A stretch of 64,000 nt of DNA from Candidatus Poribacteria bacterium. GTDB taxonomy: Bacteria > Poribacteria > WGA-4E > PCPOR2b. Shown piece by piece: positions 21,958 to 32,041 of this stretch (its first letter is position 1; each line of letters begins with the position of its first letter). The DNA is taken from positions 2,336,001 to 2,400,000 of the forward strand of contig OZ244587.1 of the NCBI GenBank assembly GCA_965218095.1, given 5' to 3'. The notes beneath the pieces are model-generated. The model was not told where the DNA came from and made no database searches. It saw only the letters and a program-made list of their open reading frames with translations. The translations under genes and the position numbers were made by a program.

Positions 21958-22083
21958 GAATATTATCCTCTTGGTGTCAGGTGTTGTTGACCAACAGACA
22001 TTTTAACCGAAAGTCAAATTTGCATCCACATAAAAATGCTGTTTATTTTTGGGAAAACTGTGTTATAATCTTTCAAACCTAAT

Positions 22084-22112
22084 CCTTGCGAAGGTTTGAA
22101 ACCTTCGCAAGG
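22084..22112. repeat. REP-like palindrome
   Basis: CCTTGCGAAGGTTTGAAACCTTCGCAAGG; same family as 1191-1221. Confidence 0.75.
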
Positions 22113-22139
22113 TTTTTAGCGGCGGACTGATTGGTTGGG

Positions 22140-22352
22140 GATAGCTCTAGCCCAACGCCCTGATAGGACAATTGATTGTCGGCAGCGGCGGTCTTCGCAA
22201 AGTGCGCTAGCGAGCAAAGGGTAAAGGCAAGCGTGGCGGGGTCAGGGTTATTTACTATCAGGGTTATTTACTACTGGGGAAGTGGCGTAAGATCAACTGC
22301 TTATGCTCCTCATTTATGCCAAGAGCGAACAAGACGATTTGTCATGCCTGCA
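22140..22352 (+). pseudogene. RelE/HigB-family toxin remnant
   Basis: GSGGLRKVR*RAKGKGKRGGVRVIYY..LLIYAKSEQDDL; TAG, a 16-bp duplication (22242-22273), and cut by the IS. Confidence 0.8.
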
Positions 22353-23176
22353 CTAGGTTCTGTTGACATTTGAGTATAAGGTTGTGGCATAATAGAAGAA
22401 TGACGCCAATAACCTTACCTGATGAACAATGGAATAAGATATACCGGTTTCTTCTTAGCTGTCCCACCATCTGTGTTGGCGACGAAGCTGCTACACGCCG
22501 CTTCGTCGAAGCCGTTCCGTGGGTGACTCGTAGCGGGGCTCAATGGAGACTTCTACCAGACCCTATGGCAAATGGAACACCCGCTACAAGCGTTTTGCTC
22601 GATGGTGCGACAAAGGTATCTTCACACAGATGCACCCCCACTTCGCCTCTGACCCCGATATCGAGTCGCTTATTGTGGACAGTACCATCTGCCGCGCTCA
22701 CCCGTCTGCGGCGGGCGCCTTAAAAAAACGTTGGCACTGAAAACCAAGCATTAGGTCGCTCTCGGGGCGGTTTCAGTACAAAAATTCACATCACCGTTGA
22801 CGGACTAGGCAATCCCCTAAGAATTCATCTGACACCCGGTCAGAGACATGACATAACTGAGGCGGAAGGGTTGATAATCGGATATAACAGTGAATATGTG
22901 ATTGGAGACAAGGGGTACGATTCGGACGCTTTTATCGCCGTTATTGAGGCAAATGGAGCGATTGCGGTGATACCGCCAAAAAGTCATCGTGTTGACCAAA
23001 GAACGTATGACAAACACTTATACAAAGAGAGACATCGGGTTGAATATTTCATCAACAAGATAAAATGGTATCGTCGTATCTTCTCTTGGTTTGAGAAACT
23101 AGCTGTCCGTTATTTTGGATTTCTCAGCTTTGTCTCCACTCTTATATGGCTCCCTTGAAATGTCGACAGAACCTAG
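22353..23176 (+). mobile_element. IS5-family element, near-identical to the 1-722 copy, with an extra 1-bp frameshift at about 22561
   Basis: TIRs with CTAG at both ends; orfA/orfB proteins almost identical to the first copy. Confidence 0.92.
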
Positions 23177-23498
23177 TCCTGTGCTTGCGAAGGAATTACG
23201 GAATCGTCAGCCGGACATAGAAATTCTCGTTGTGGGTGAAGATCCGGCCCCACCTCATAGCACCAAGGCCCCCGAAATTCTACGTTGGATTGAGCGAGAA
23301 GGATATATCCTGATTTCATCCAACAGGAGCACGATGCCTCCGCATTTGCGAGATCGCTTGGACGCCGGCGGGATATCCCCGGCGTTCTACTATTGTGCCC
23401 CAAGCGATCGATAGGAGAGATTATTGATGCGCTTTTGCTGGTTTGAGGAGCTCCGAGCCTTGAAGAATATGGGATAAGATTGAGTATATACCGCTCTG
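23177..23498 (+). pseudogene. DUF5615-like PIN-domain toxin remnant, 5' end lost at the IS
   Basis: ELRNRQPDIEILVVG..PEILRW..ISSNRSTMPPHL..IGEIIDALLLV*..IEYIPL*. Confidence 0.7.
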
Positions 23499-23534
23499 AT
23501 GCAATTAATCCCTTTTGTACGAGGAATCTGTTCT

Positions 23535-24227
23535 ATGAAAAATGGTTCTGAAACACACCCCAGCTTAGAATCAAGGCTTGACCTTGTGGAACGACGAATG
23601 CGGCGAGCCCGCCGAAATCTGAATCGACAAGTGCAGCGTGCCCTGGTCCCACTTGAAATCCAGGAAGATGTTGGTATTTCCCAGATCGAGGGCGACGTGC
23701 TGATCGTGAGTGACAACCCACACATCCAACAAAAAGTGCAGCAACTTCTCCGATCGGAGAAGTATCGATATGATATTGCCGAGGGTGGAGACGAAGCGGT
23801 TGGGTATCTGAAGCTCGGAACCTATCGAATGGTAATTCTGGATCGATCCCGCCGCAGACGCTCACAAGTCTTTCGGCACATCCGGCGTTATCTACGACAC
23901 ATCAAAGTGATCTCAATCGTCAACGATGAAAAGCGTGCGAGAGCATTGATGCAATTGGGCGGATATAGCTATTTGCTCGGCGAGAATTTCGACCCGGAGC
24001 AGTTACGAACCTGCCTAATCAGTTCACTCTGGATGGAACATCGTGTCTGTCATCTGCTAGCCAACGGGGAGCCTTGCAACCGCTCTTGCATCAACAACTA
24101 TTTGTCTGAGGACGATTATAGTGAATTAGACTACGCAGATCCGGACTTTCTGCCTCCGGATCCACTCCAAATGCAAGGTCCCAGCCCTATTGAGGAGTTG
24201 GAGGAATTGCAAAACCCTGATGAGTAG
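23535..24227 (+). CDS. Atypical receiver-domain protein with Cys-rich and acidic tail
   Basis: VLIVSDNP..AEGGDEAV..MVILD receiver pattern; lacks the conserved KP. Confidence 0.65.
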   Translation: MKNGSETHPSLESRLDLVERRMRRARRNLNRQVQRALVPLEIQEDVGISQIEGDVLIVSDNPHIQQKVQQLLRSEKYRYDIAEGGDEAVGYLKLGTYRMVILDRSRRRRSQVFRHIRRYLRHIKVISIVNDEKRARALMQLGGYSYLLGENFDPEQLRTCLISSLWMEHRVCHLLANGEPCNRSCINNYLSEDDYSELDYADPDFLPPDPLQMQGPSPIEELEELQNPDE

Positions 24228-24267
24228 TCGAATCTCATGAGGAATTTCGAGAGTTAGCAATCCTGGG

Positions 24268-24296
24268 TTGACTTATCATGAACAGGATGCTAAGAT
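24268..24296 (+). promoter_or_regulatory. sigma70-like promoter
   Basis: TTGACT-N17-TAAGAT with TG extension, upstream of the VOC gene. Confidence 0.55.
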
Positions 24297-24360
24297 TGAG
24301 GGCATCTATTTATTGCCTCATCCATTTGATTTGCGATTTCCAAAATAGGAGGAGAGATAT

Positions 24361-24831
24361 ATGTTATCGGTACAGCAACTGGGGCATGTAGGCATCTACT
24401 GCACCGACCTGCAAAGATCCAAAGACTTTTATACCCGCATCCTCGGTCTCACCGTTACCGACGAGGATCCGGATGGTCACATCACCTTCCTCAGCGCACA
24501 GCCAGAGGAAGAGCATCATGAAGTCGCCCTCTGTCCGGGTAGGGATGCGCCGCCGGGCGCAAAGGTGATTCAACAGGTCTCCTTCATCGTGAAGGATCTG
24601 GCTGCCCTGAAGCAGTTTTACCATCGCTTGAAGCAGGAGGGGGCGCGTTTTCGGAGCATTGTCAGCCATGGCATCGCCCTTGCCATCTACTTCTATGACC
24701 CTGATGACAATGTGATTGAGATCTACGCGAAGACACCGTACAAGGTGCCCCAACCTCACTCGGAGGCGATAGACCTTGAGCTCTCAGAGGATGAACTGAT
24801 GACCATTGCCGAAGCAAGCCAGCAGTCGTAG
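24361..24831 (+). CDS. VOC/glyoxalase family protein
   Basis: LGHVGI, FYTRILGL, HHEVAL, YFYDPDDNVIE. Confidence 0.9.
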   Translation: MLSVQQLGHVGIYCTDLQRSKDFYTRILGLTVTDEDPDGHITFLSAQPEEEHHEVALCPGRDAPPGAKVIQQVSFIVKDLAALKQFYHRLKQEGARFRSIVSHGIALAIYFYDPDDNVIEIYAKTPYKVPQPHSEAIDLELSEDELMTIAEASQQS

Positions 24832-24971
24832 CGTTGCCAATTCAAGAATTTCGCTCTGCGATCCAAAAATGCTGCTTCCGGGTGGGTCGATTAAAATTGC
24901 TTCACATGAAAATCAGGCGAACCCGAAACAAATAGTGGAAACTCTTGTGCCAACAATCTAAGGAGAGCGTT

Positions 24972-25571
24972 ATGAACTCAGAATACTCATCGACAATTGC
25001 AGAAATCGTCCAGAAACTCGACGCCCGTTATCCTCTACCACCGCTTGCCCCTAACATAGAGTGGGACAGCGCACTCACGCAACAAATTAAGAATGCTCCA
25101 CTGGAGGCGCTCTTTGATGAACAATCTGTGAAGGATTCGACGCTGGGAGCTGCTGTGCGGAGTGGATTGCTGCTCTGGAACGATGCGCTAGATGTATCAC
25201 ACACAATCTCACAGGGTATCGAAAACAAAACAGGCAGCTATTGGCACGGCATCATGCATCGGCGCGAACCGGACTACAGCAACGCGAAATACTGGTTTGG
25301 GCGTGTTGGTAATCACCCCAACTTCCCAACACTCCGCAAGCGAGCCTTAGAGCTCCTGCAAGCGCGTTCAAGCGATTCTCCTCCGCTTGCAGATTATGCC
25401 AGGGCTATTGAGGAAAAAGACGATTGGGATGTCTTCCAGTTCGTCAATTGGTGTCAGGCTGCGGATGGGGATAGTTCAACGCTAGAACCGGTGAAAGCGT
25501 TCTTGCAAGCGGTGCAAGTCGAAGAGATTAAGCTGTTGCTGGATTACTCGTATCGGCATGCGCTTGCCTGA
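24972..25571 (+). CDS. Conserved hypothetical helical protein
   Basis: [26 protein letters not shown] motif; AGGAG RBS. Confidence 0.75.
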   Translation: MNSEYSSTIAEIVQKLDARYPLPPLAPNIEWDSALTQQIKNAPLEALFDEQSVKDSTLGAAVRSGLLLWNDALDVSHTISQGIENKTGSYWHGIMHRREPDYSNAKYWFGRVGNHPNFPTLRKRALELLQARSSDSPPLADYARAIEEKDDWDVFQFVNWCQAADGDSSTLEPVKAFLQAVQVEEIKLLLDYSYRHALA

Positions 25572-25620
25572 AATATGCCCGGAGTTGCGGATTTTGAAAG
25601 GAAAACAAGGAGGGGTCATC

Positions 25621-26607
25621 ATGCGTTCCCAAAATAGCTTTCAGCATCACCTATTACTTACTGCGATTGGCTGCATACTTACAACGATGATTTGCATCTG
25701 TTTAGTCGATGCAGCCTCGATTAAGACCGGTTATAAATATCAAGAGATTAAGCAACTTTATAAAAAGATTATCCAAAATAGCAAATCAGCAGATCCCGCG
25801 ATGCTGATTGAGAAATCACGTGCCTTTATCGGCGAGTATCCCAGGTACAAAAGGATTGATCAGGTCTACTATATTCTCGGCAATACGCTGACCCGTGCAA
25901 ACCGCACCGAAGAAGGAATTCAGGTTTATCAACAACTCGTAAAAGACCATCCTGAAACTGCCTATGTTGCGCCTGCATTGCTGGAGATGGGATTGGCCTA
26001 CGATAAGCTCAGTCAGCATGACAAAGCGGATGCAGCGTATCGTCAGCTTATTGAACATCCAAAGTATGAGTCAAGATCTCATGCGAAGATTGCGAAGGAG
26101 TTACTTGCTCTGGAAAAAACGCAGCGCACAGGCGAACTGCAATCAAGCGGACCTCGCAGAAGCCAGCCTGATGCACTGGTTGGGAAAAAAGCGATTGATT
26201 TCCAGGTGAAGGATCTGGATGGCAATGATCTTTCGCTGGAGAAATATCGCGGCAAAGTGATCTTGCTCGACTTCTGGGCTGTGTGGTGTGGGCCTTGTGT
26301 CGCTGAAATGCCCAACGTTAAGCGGGTTCACGAGAAATATAAGGATCAGAATTTTCAGATTATTGGAATTAGCCTCGATCGTGATCGGTCCAAACTGCGG
26401 GATTACATGAAAAAGCAAGGAATCACCTGGCCCCAGTTTTTCGATGGAAAAGGCTGGCGGAATCAAGTTGCCCAAATGTATAAAGTTAATAGCATTCCGC
26501 GCATGTACCTCATTGATGGCAAAGGCGTGATTCGCAAGGCAAATGTGCGGGGGCGTGCCCTTGAGCCGGCGGTTGCCGAACTCATCCAAGAGAACAACGC
26601 CAGGTAA
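25621..26607 (+). CDS. Exported TPR + TlpA/redoxin thiol-disulfide oxidoreductase
   Basis: Signal-like N-terminus, TPR helices, DFWAVWCGPC, SIP. Confidence 0.88.
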   Translation: MRSQNSFQHHLLLTAIGCILTTMICICLVDAASIKTGYKYQEIKQLYKKIIQNSKSADPAMLIEKSRAFIGEYPRYKRIDQVYYILGNTLTRANRTEEGIQVYQQLVKDHPETAYVAPALLEMGLAYDKLSQHDKADAAYRQLIEHPKYESRSHAKIAKELLALEKTQRTGELQSSGPRRSQPDALVGKKAIDFQVKDLDGNDLSLEKYRGKVILLDFWAVWCGPCVAEMPNVKRVHEKYKDQNFQIIGISLDRDRSKLRDYMKKQGITWPQFFDGKGWRNQVAQMYKVNSIPRMYLIDGKGVIRKANVRGRALEPAVAELIQENNAR

Positions 26608-26659
26608 AATTAGGGCTCTTACGCATCACGTTTTACCTTTGACGCAATAAGGAGCGGAG

Positions 26660-27785
26660 ATGGCAGATGTACGCTTAGAAAATGTCACAAAAATCTACGA
26701 TGGGAAGGTACCTGCCGTCAAAAATATCAGCTTTGAGGTGCCGGATCAAGCGTTCATTGTTCTTGTAGGTCCTTCGGGGTGTGGGAAATCCACGTTTTTG
26801 CGAATGATTGCTGGACTCGAAGAGATTACAGAAGGGAACATCTACATCAATAGTCAACGGGTCAACGACATCCCGCCGAAAGATCGGGATATAGCGATGG
26901 TCTTCCAAAACTATGCGCTGTATCCGCACATGACGGCATACAAGAATATGGGGTTTGCCCTGAAACTCCGCAAATATCCCAAAGCGGAGATCGATAAACG
27001 GGTGAAGGAAACCGCGAAGATTCTCAGCATTTCACACCTGCTTGACCGGAAGCCGAAACAACTTTCCGGCGGGGAACGGCAGCGCGTCGCCGTTGGACGC
27101 GCCATCGTTCGACACCCCAAGGTATTCCTGTTTGATGAACCCTTGAGCAATCTGGATGCGAAGCTCCGCGTGCAAATGCGTCTTCCGCGTGCAAATGCGT
27201 CTGGAGATTAGCAGGTTGCATAATCGGCTGGAAGCGACAATGATCTATGTGACGCATGATCAGGTCGAGGCGATGACGATGGGGGATGGGGTTGTCGTTC
27301 TCAATCAGGGAGAGATTCAGCAGATTGCGGCCCCGCCGACGCTTTACCATCAGCCAGCAAACGAATTTGTGGCTGGCTTTATCGGCACACCACCGATGAA
27401 TTTCATCGACGCTCAGATCGTCAGCCGTAACGGCGTACCCAAGCTTAGTTTTGAAAATTTTGAACTAGATGTGAATAGCCAGATGAAGGAAACTCTCAAC
27501 ACACTCTCAGGGACAGAGGTTAGATTGGGGATCAGTCCGGAGGATATTTTAGTCGATGACGGACTGGTGCCCGAAGACGCTGCTAACCGTGTTTCAACGA
27601 TGGTGGATTTGGTCGAGCCTCTCGGGAGCAATGTCCTGCTCTACCTCCGCACGGTGTTGAATAGCTTCATCGCTCGCGCGGAGGGGACAGTATTTCCTGA
27701 ACAGAACTCGGAACTCACTGTGACTTTCAATATGGAGAAGGCGCACCTGTTCGATCCAAACGCGGGTCAGTCGTTGACGGCGTAA
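26660..27785 (+). pseudogene. MalK/MsmK/UgpC-type sugar ABC ATPase, frameshifted by a 19-bp duplication
   Basis: [30 protein letters not shown]; TCCGCGTGCAAATGCGTCT x2 at 27165-27202. Confidence 0.92.
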
Positions 27786-28465
27786 TACGTAATCAGACGT
27801 TCAAAAGTTCATTTAAAAGAAGTAAAGGAAGATACATAGATGGGAAAAAAGAGGGGCTTAGTACGGGGAAGATGGGAAGGCTATCTGGAGAATTATAACC
27901 TGCAAGGCAGGACGGCGGGAAAAACTGACGAATATTCTTCAGGCGTTTGCGCGGGTTGTGGAGAAGGCAGACGATTGAGCTAAACGATTGGACTGAAAGC
28001 CACTTCTAAATGTATACACATAGAATTGATGAAACCTGGTGTTGGGCTTTCTTCTACCGTAAAATCAGGGAGGAATGGCACGGGCTTGGGAAAATTGGTG
28101 AAGATGCGTTATGCCGTGATAACAAGCCAGCCCAACCGTCTCCGTAGCTTCAGCCCGTGCCATTCTTGACCACCTAAGAGGAGCAAATGATGTGCCAAAA
28201 TCTGTCTGACTGCCGCAGGAAATTTTATCTCTAACGACTTCATATCATTCATTTTGTGAGTGTATTCGGTGACTCTTCTGGAGAATAAGAACACAGCGAA
28301 AAATCTGTTGAACGACGATCGCGAAAAAGATTGATACCGTCTCAAAGCAAGCCATTGCGTTGTGGGCATTTTTTTATACACGGAAGAGATTTCAGAGTGA
28401 ATTGGTGTGAATGGGAGGCTAAACCCCATCGAGCATCGAAGCGAGCTTCGGCGTGACGATACAAG

Positions 28466-28702
28466 TTAGTCTAACGGTCTGAAAAGGATTCTCGGACCTT
28501 CTCTGTACTTGCGGAACTCGTCGGTCGGCATGTCCTCTACATCACAAAAGTCGCCCCACAACTTCACAATGTCGCGTCCATACTCAAAAGTTCGCTTATT
28601 AACGATGTGGTGACGGTAAACATGATTCACCCACCATATCTCCTTTGTTCCTTTTAATCGAATGAGTTTCTTCATCTTTTGAGGTTTCATGACTTGCTTC
28701 AT
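28466..28702 (-). CDS. Small hypothetical protein, possibly 5'-disrupted
   Basis: 78 aa, co-oriented with 28790-29023. Confidence 0.45.
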   Translation of the reverse strand: MKQVMKPQKMKKLIRLKGTKEIWWVNHVYRHHIVNKRTFEYGRDIVKLWGDFCDVEDMPTDEFRKYREGPRILFRPLD

Positions 28703-28789
28703 CGCTCGTTGAAATGGAACAGTGCTTGCGGTGAAGGCATAAGCAATTTCCTCTCTTCAAGCAAAAGCGAATTCTGTTTGGTCAACTGC

Positions 28790-29023
28790 CTATAGGGGGA
28801 GCACATGGTCACCACGCGAAGTGTTTTTCCCCATGAAAGCAGACCGGAGCGACTTGCGGTGGACATCTTCGGTCAACTGCGCGATCAACTGGGTCAGATG
28901 GCTATTTTCTTCTGCAAGTTTTTCGTTGATACGCCGCAAATATTGAACTTCGGATGCCAATTGGACATAAAGCTCGCCCCGATCTTTTGCGCACTGTTGC
29001 AAAATATCTTCCTGGGTCGTCAT
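28790..29023 (-). CDS. Small coiled-coil hypothetical protein
   Basis: Strong RBS GAGGAGGTG; heptad Leu pattern. Confidence 0.6.
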   Translation of the reverse strand: MTTQEDILQQCAKDRGELYVQLASEVQYLRRINEKLAEENSHLTQLIAQLTEDVHRKSLRSAFMGKNTSRGDHVLPL

Positions 29024-29418
29024 AACTTCTCACCTCCTCATTGGTGATGTCAACAGCTAAAGATTCGCTTCTATAGCAGCTTGCCCTTATCTTGCAAGTA
29101 ACAGATAGTCTTGTTCGGTAAGATGTTAGATGGATTTCTGAGACAGCTAAAAGCTACTGCGCTTGATTCAGTGAACGTTGAACGCGAGAAAGAGAGCGCA
29201 TAAGCGATTCAATTTTTGGCCATATAAAATAATACGTCAAATGTTAGCCCACGGTTTCAAGATTCGTGTTGTTATTTTTCGCTGCGGTGTTGCTGCACAG
29301 GTGAGGTCAGAGTCAAGAGGTTGGTGAGGTGTTTGAACATGCAGCGTCCACAGCACTGACATGAAAGAAAAGTTCAATCGTATCCTTATTATTTCCACTC
29401 AATAGGGGAGGTCTTATT

Positions 29419-29793
29419 GTGATGGATGATTTACAACCGTTGATACAGAAGCTAAAGGACCTGGTCAGTAAACCCTTAGATAATAGCGTTCTGAAGACGC
29501 GAAAGGCAGAAGTTGAGAACACACTCAGGCAACTGCGTGATGCATTTTTACACGGTTTTGTATCCGACAGTCAGGTTCAACAGATCGTGACACTTTCTGT
29601 CAAATGGTCAATGTCACAACTGTGGCATTTGGTCGTGGATGCAAAACATTACGGTGTCTCCCAGGAGCATCAAAAAAAACTAGAGGAGATACTAAAGGAG
29701 CTACGGAAGAAGTGTGAAGGTGGTTTTGTGTCGGATAAACAGGCAGCAACGATAAGAAGTTACAAAAGTCGGATAGCAGAATTACAGGCCTGA
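29419..29793 (+). CDS. Hypothetical helical protein with internal repeat
   Basis: RBS GGGGAGG; GFVSD occurs twice. Confidence 0.6.
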   Translation: MMDDLQPLIQKLKDLVSKPLDNSVLKTRKAEVENTLRQLRDAFLHGFVSDSQVQQIVTLSVKWSMSQLWHLVVDAKHYGVSQEHQKKLEEILKELRKKCEGGFVSDKQAATIRSYKSRIAELQA

Positions 29794-30060
29794 GAACGAC
29801 CCACGTCGCGGCGGACTCCCGTTTGGCCACGCCCAGGTCACGGCTTTTCTTGGACTGCCGTTTCTCGTGGACGACGATCTGGTTGGGGCGGTCGCGCTAG
29901 CGAATCGGCCGGGCGGCTACTCGATGGCGGAGGTGGGGTTGCTCGCGCCTTTATGTGAGATCGGTAGGCTGATGACTTCCGCCGCGCGGTGCAAAATCTC
30001 GCAAAGCAAAATCTCGCAAAGTTAGAGAATTGCCGCCGCGGGTCATAGGAGGAGATTACG

Positions 30061-30819
30061 ATGTCTGATGAATTCATGACGATTTTTGAAAAACTCTGGA
30101 TCACGCTACGCGCACGGTGGTGCGATAACCACGACCTCGGTGGTGCGTTGGCGTTCAGCCACGACCGCGTGAAGATTCCCTTCTTTCACCGAGTCGTACA
30201 GGTGAACGTGGACGAGGCGCGGGTGGACGGGTTAATTGACGATGCGCTTCACCTGTTTCGGGACAAAAACTTCGATTGCGCGTTTACCCTTTCGTCGCTG
30301 GACCGCCCTGCTGATCTCGGCGAGCATCTGAAGCAGCGCTGCTTCGAGGAGGGTGTGTTGGCGTCAGCGATGATTTATGACCCGACCGCCACACCGCCGT
30401 CTGCGCAAACTATCGCGGAAGTCGATGTCTCGCCCGATAGCGAATATGATCTTTGGGCGGAGGTGATGCGCCGCGGTTTCGGTGATCCGCAGACTATGGG
30501 TGAGGTCGGACGTTTTGTGTTGGTCGTGCCTGAGGTGCGCCGCTATCTGGCGCGTGTAGACGGTGCGCCGGCGGGCGTGACGCTAGTCTACTCGCAATTC
30601 AGCATGGGCTACCTTGACCACGTTGCTACACTGCCTGAATACCGCCGTAAGGGGGTCGCCTCCGCGCTGATTACGCGAGCTGTCGCTGGCTCGCAGGCTT
30701 TGGGTAACCGCTGGACGACGCTGGAAACTACGACGGGAAGCAACGCCGAGCGGGTGTACCAACGACGGGGTTTCCGCACCGCATATCACCGGCGTCACTA
30801 CATCATGAGTAATACGTGA
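30061..30819 (+). CDS. GNAT family acetyltransferase
   Basis: VATLPEYRRKGVASAL (motif A), VYQRRGF. Confidence 0.88.
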   Translation: MSDEFMTIFEKLWITLRARWCDNHDLGGALAFSHDRVKIPFFHRVVQVNVDEARVDGLIDDALHLFRDKNFDCAFTLSSLDRPADLGEHLKQRCFEEGVLASAMIYDPTATPPSAQTIAEVDVSPDSEYDLWAEVMRRGFGDPQTMGEVGRFVLVVPEVRRYLARVDGAPAGVTLVYSQFSMGYLDHVATLPEYRRKGVASALITRAVAGSQALGNRWTTLETTTGSNAERVYQRRGFRTAYHRRHYIMSNT

Positions 30820-30989
30820 CGAACAGAAAAACGGGGCTTCTCACGTTTTACACTTTACTTCATTCAAAAGGAACTTATAACATGGCGCTGAAAGCCTAGA
30901 TGCGCATAGGAAGCTGGAGGGATTCGGGGCTTTGTTTTCGGTCGAACGCTTTTTGCGGATGCGCAGGGACAGTTCACGGTTCCGGCGTT

Positions 30990-31119
30990 TCCATCCAATC
31001 CTCTCAAAATCCGGGGATAACTCGCTAAATTTCTCTCTCAACTCGTTGATTCTGTCAGCGCCAACCATTTTTGAAAACTGTTCAACACCTTTTTGGTATT
31101 GTTCTTCGAGCATTCTCAT
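30990..31119 (-). pseudogene. N-terminal stub resembling a carboxymuconolactone decarboxylase family protein
   Basis: EQYQKGVEQFSKMVG..LSPDFER, then similarity is lost. Confidence 0.45.
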
Positions 31120-31181
31120 TTTTCCTCACGAATACGGGTTTTTCACCTTGGCAAGTGGAATGTGCTGTGCTCAGCCGAGAA

Positions 31182-31601
31182 TCAGACATCTTCTACTCCT
31201 TGTTCCTTCTTCTCAATGAAATTTAGCGCAGCCGAATTCATGCAGTAGCGAAGTCCTGTCGGAGGCGGACCATCGTTAAAGACGTGGCCAAGATGTGCAT
31301 CACATCTGTCGCACATAGCCTCCGTCCTGACCATGCCATAACTCGTATCGGTCTCCGTTTCAACGCTTTCCTCTGAAATCGGTGCCCAAAAGCTTGGCCA
31401 ACCGGTGCCAGAATCAAACTTGGTTTCTGAACTGAACAGGTCAGCCCCACAACAGACGCATCGGTATATCCCCTCTCCCTTAAAGTTGTTGTACCTACCT
31501 GTGAAGGCGCGTTCCGTGCCTTTCTGCCGAGTTACACGATATTGCTCCGGGTTAAGTTGCTGCTGCCATTCTTCATCTGTTTTTTTGACTTTTTCAGACA
31601 T
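31182..31601 (-). CDS. msrB: Peptide-methionine (R)-S-oxide reductase
   Basis: [35 protein letters not shown]; two CxxC Zn motifs. Confidence 0.97.
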   Translation of the reverse strand: MSEKVKKTDEEWQQQLNPEQYRVTRQKGTERAFTGRYNNFKGEGIYRCVCCGADLFSSETKFDSGTGWPSFWAPISEESVETETDTSYGMVRTEAMCDRCDAHLGHVFNDGPPPTGLRYCMNSAALNFIEKKEQGVEDV

Positions 31602-31660
31602 ATTTACTCCTTTCTGCGGATACGTTGGTCGAAGCGAAAAGGAATGCTGCCCTCCTAAAG

Positions 31661-32017
31661 CTAATCAAGATGCAAGATAATATCGTCCCCTTCGATAGTG
31701 ACAGGATAGGTTTTGACGTGAAGGCGCGGATCATAGAGCGCTGTGCCCGTTTTGAGGTCGAATTCCCAATTGTGCCAGGAACATTTGATAATCTCGCCTT
31801 CACGTTCAAAATCGACATGATAGGTTTTATCAGAAATGACATGCGGACGAAGTCGCCCCTGGCAGAGGGGCCCGCCTTTGTGCGGGCACATGTTCCTTAG
31901 CGCATAAAACGTTCCGTCAACGTTAAACACACCGATTCCCCCCTTTCCCCCAACCGGTACGATTTTCCGCTCGCCGGGCGGCAACTCTTCCACTTTTCCA
32001 ACGATATGACGCTGCAT
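31661..32017 (-). CDS. Rieske (2Fe-2S) ferredoxin
   Basis: CPHKGGPL and CSWHNWEFD ligand motifs. Confidence 0.92.
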   Translation of the reverse strand: MQRHIVGKVEELPPGERKIVPVGGKGGIGVFNVDGTFYALRNMCPHKGGPLCQGRLRPHVISDKTYHVDFEREGEIIKCSWHNWEFDLKTGTALYDPRLHVKTYPVTIEGDDIILHLD

Positions 32018-32041
32018 TGTAAATCCTTCCCTCTATTAACT

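Noticed and set aside
29920-29985. Fluoride riboswitch-like 3' motif GCTGATGACTTCC
   Set aside because: The 5' GGCGATGRRGTTCGCC element is not evident and the downstream gene is a GNAT.
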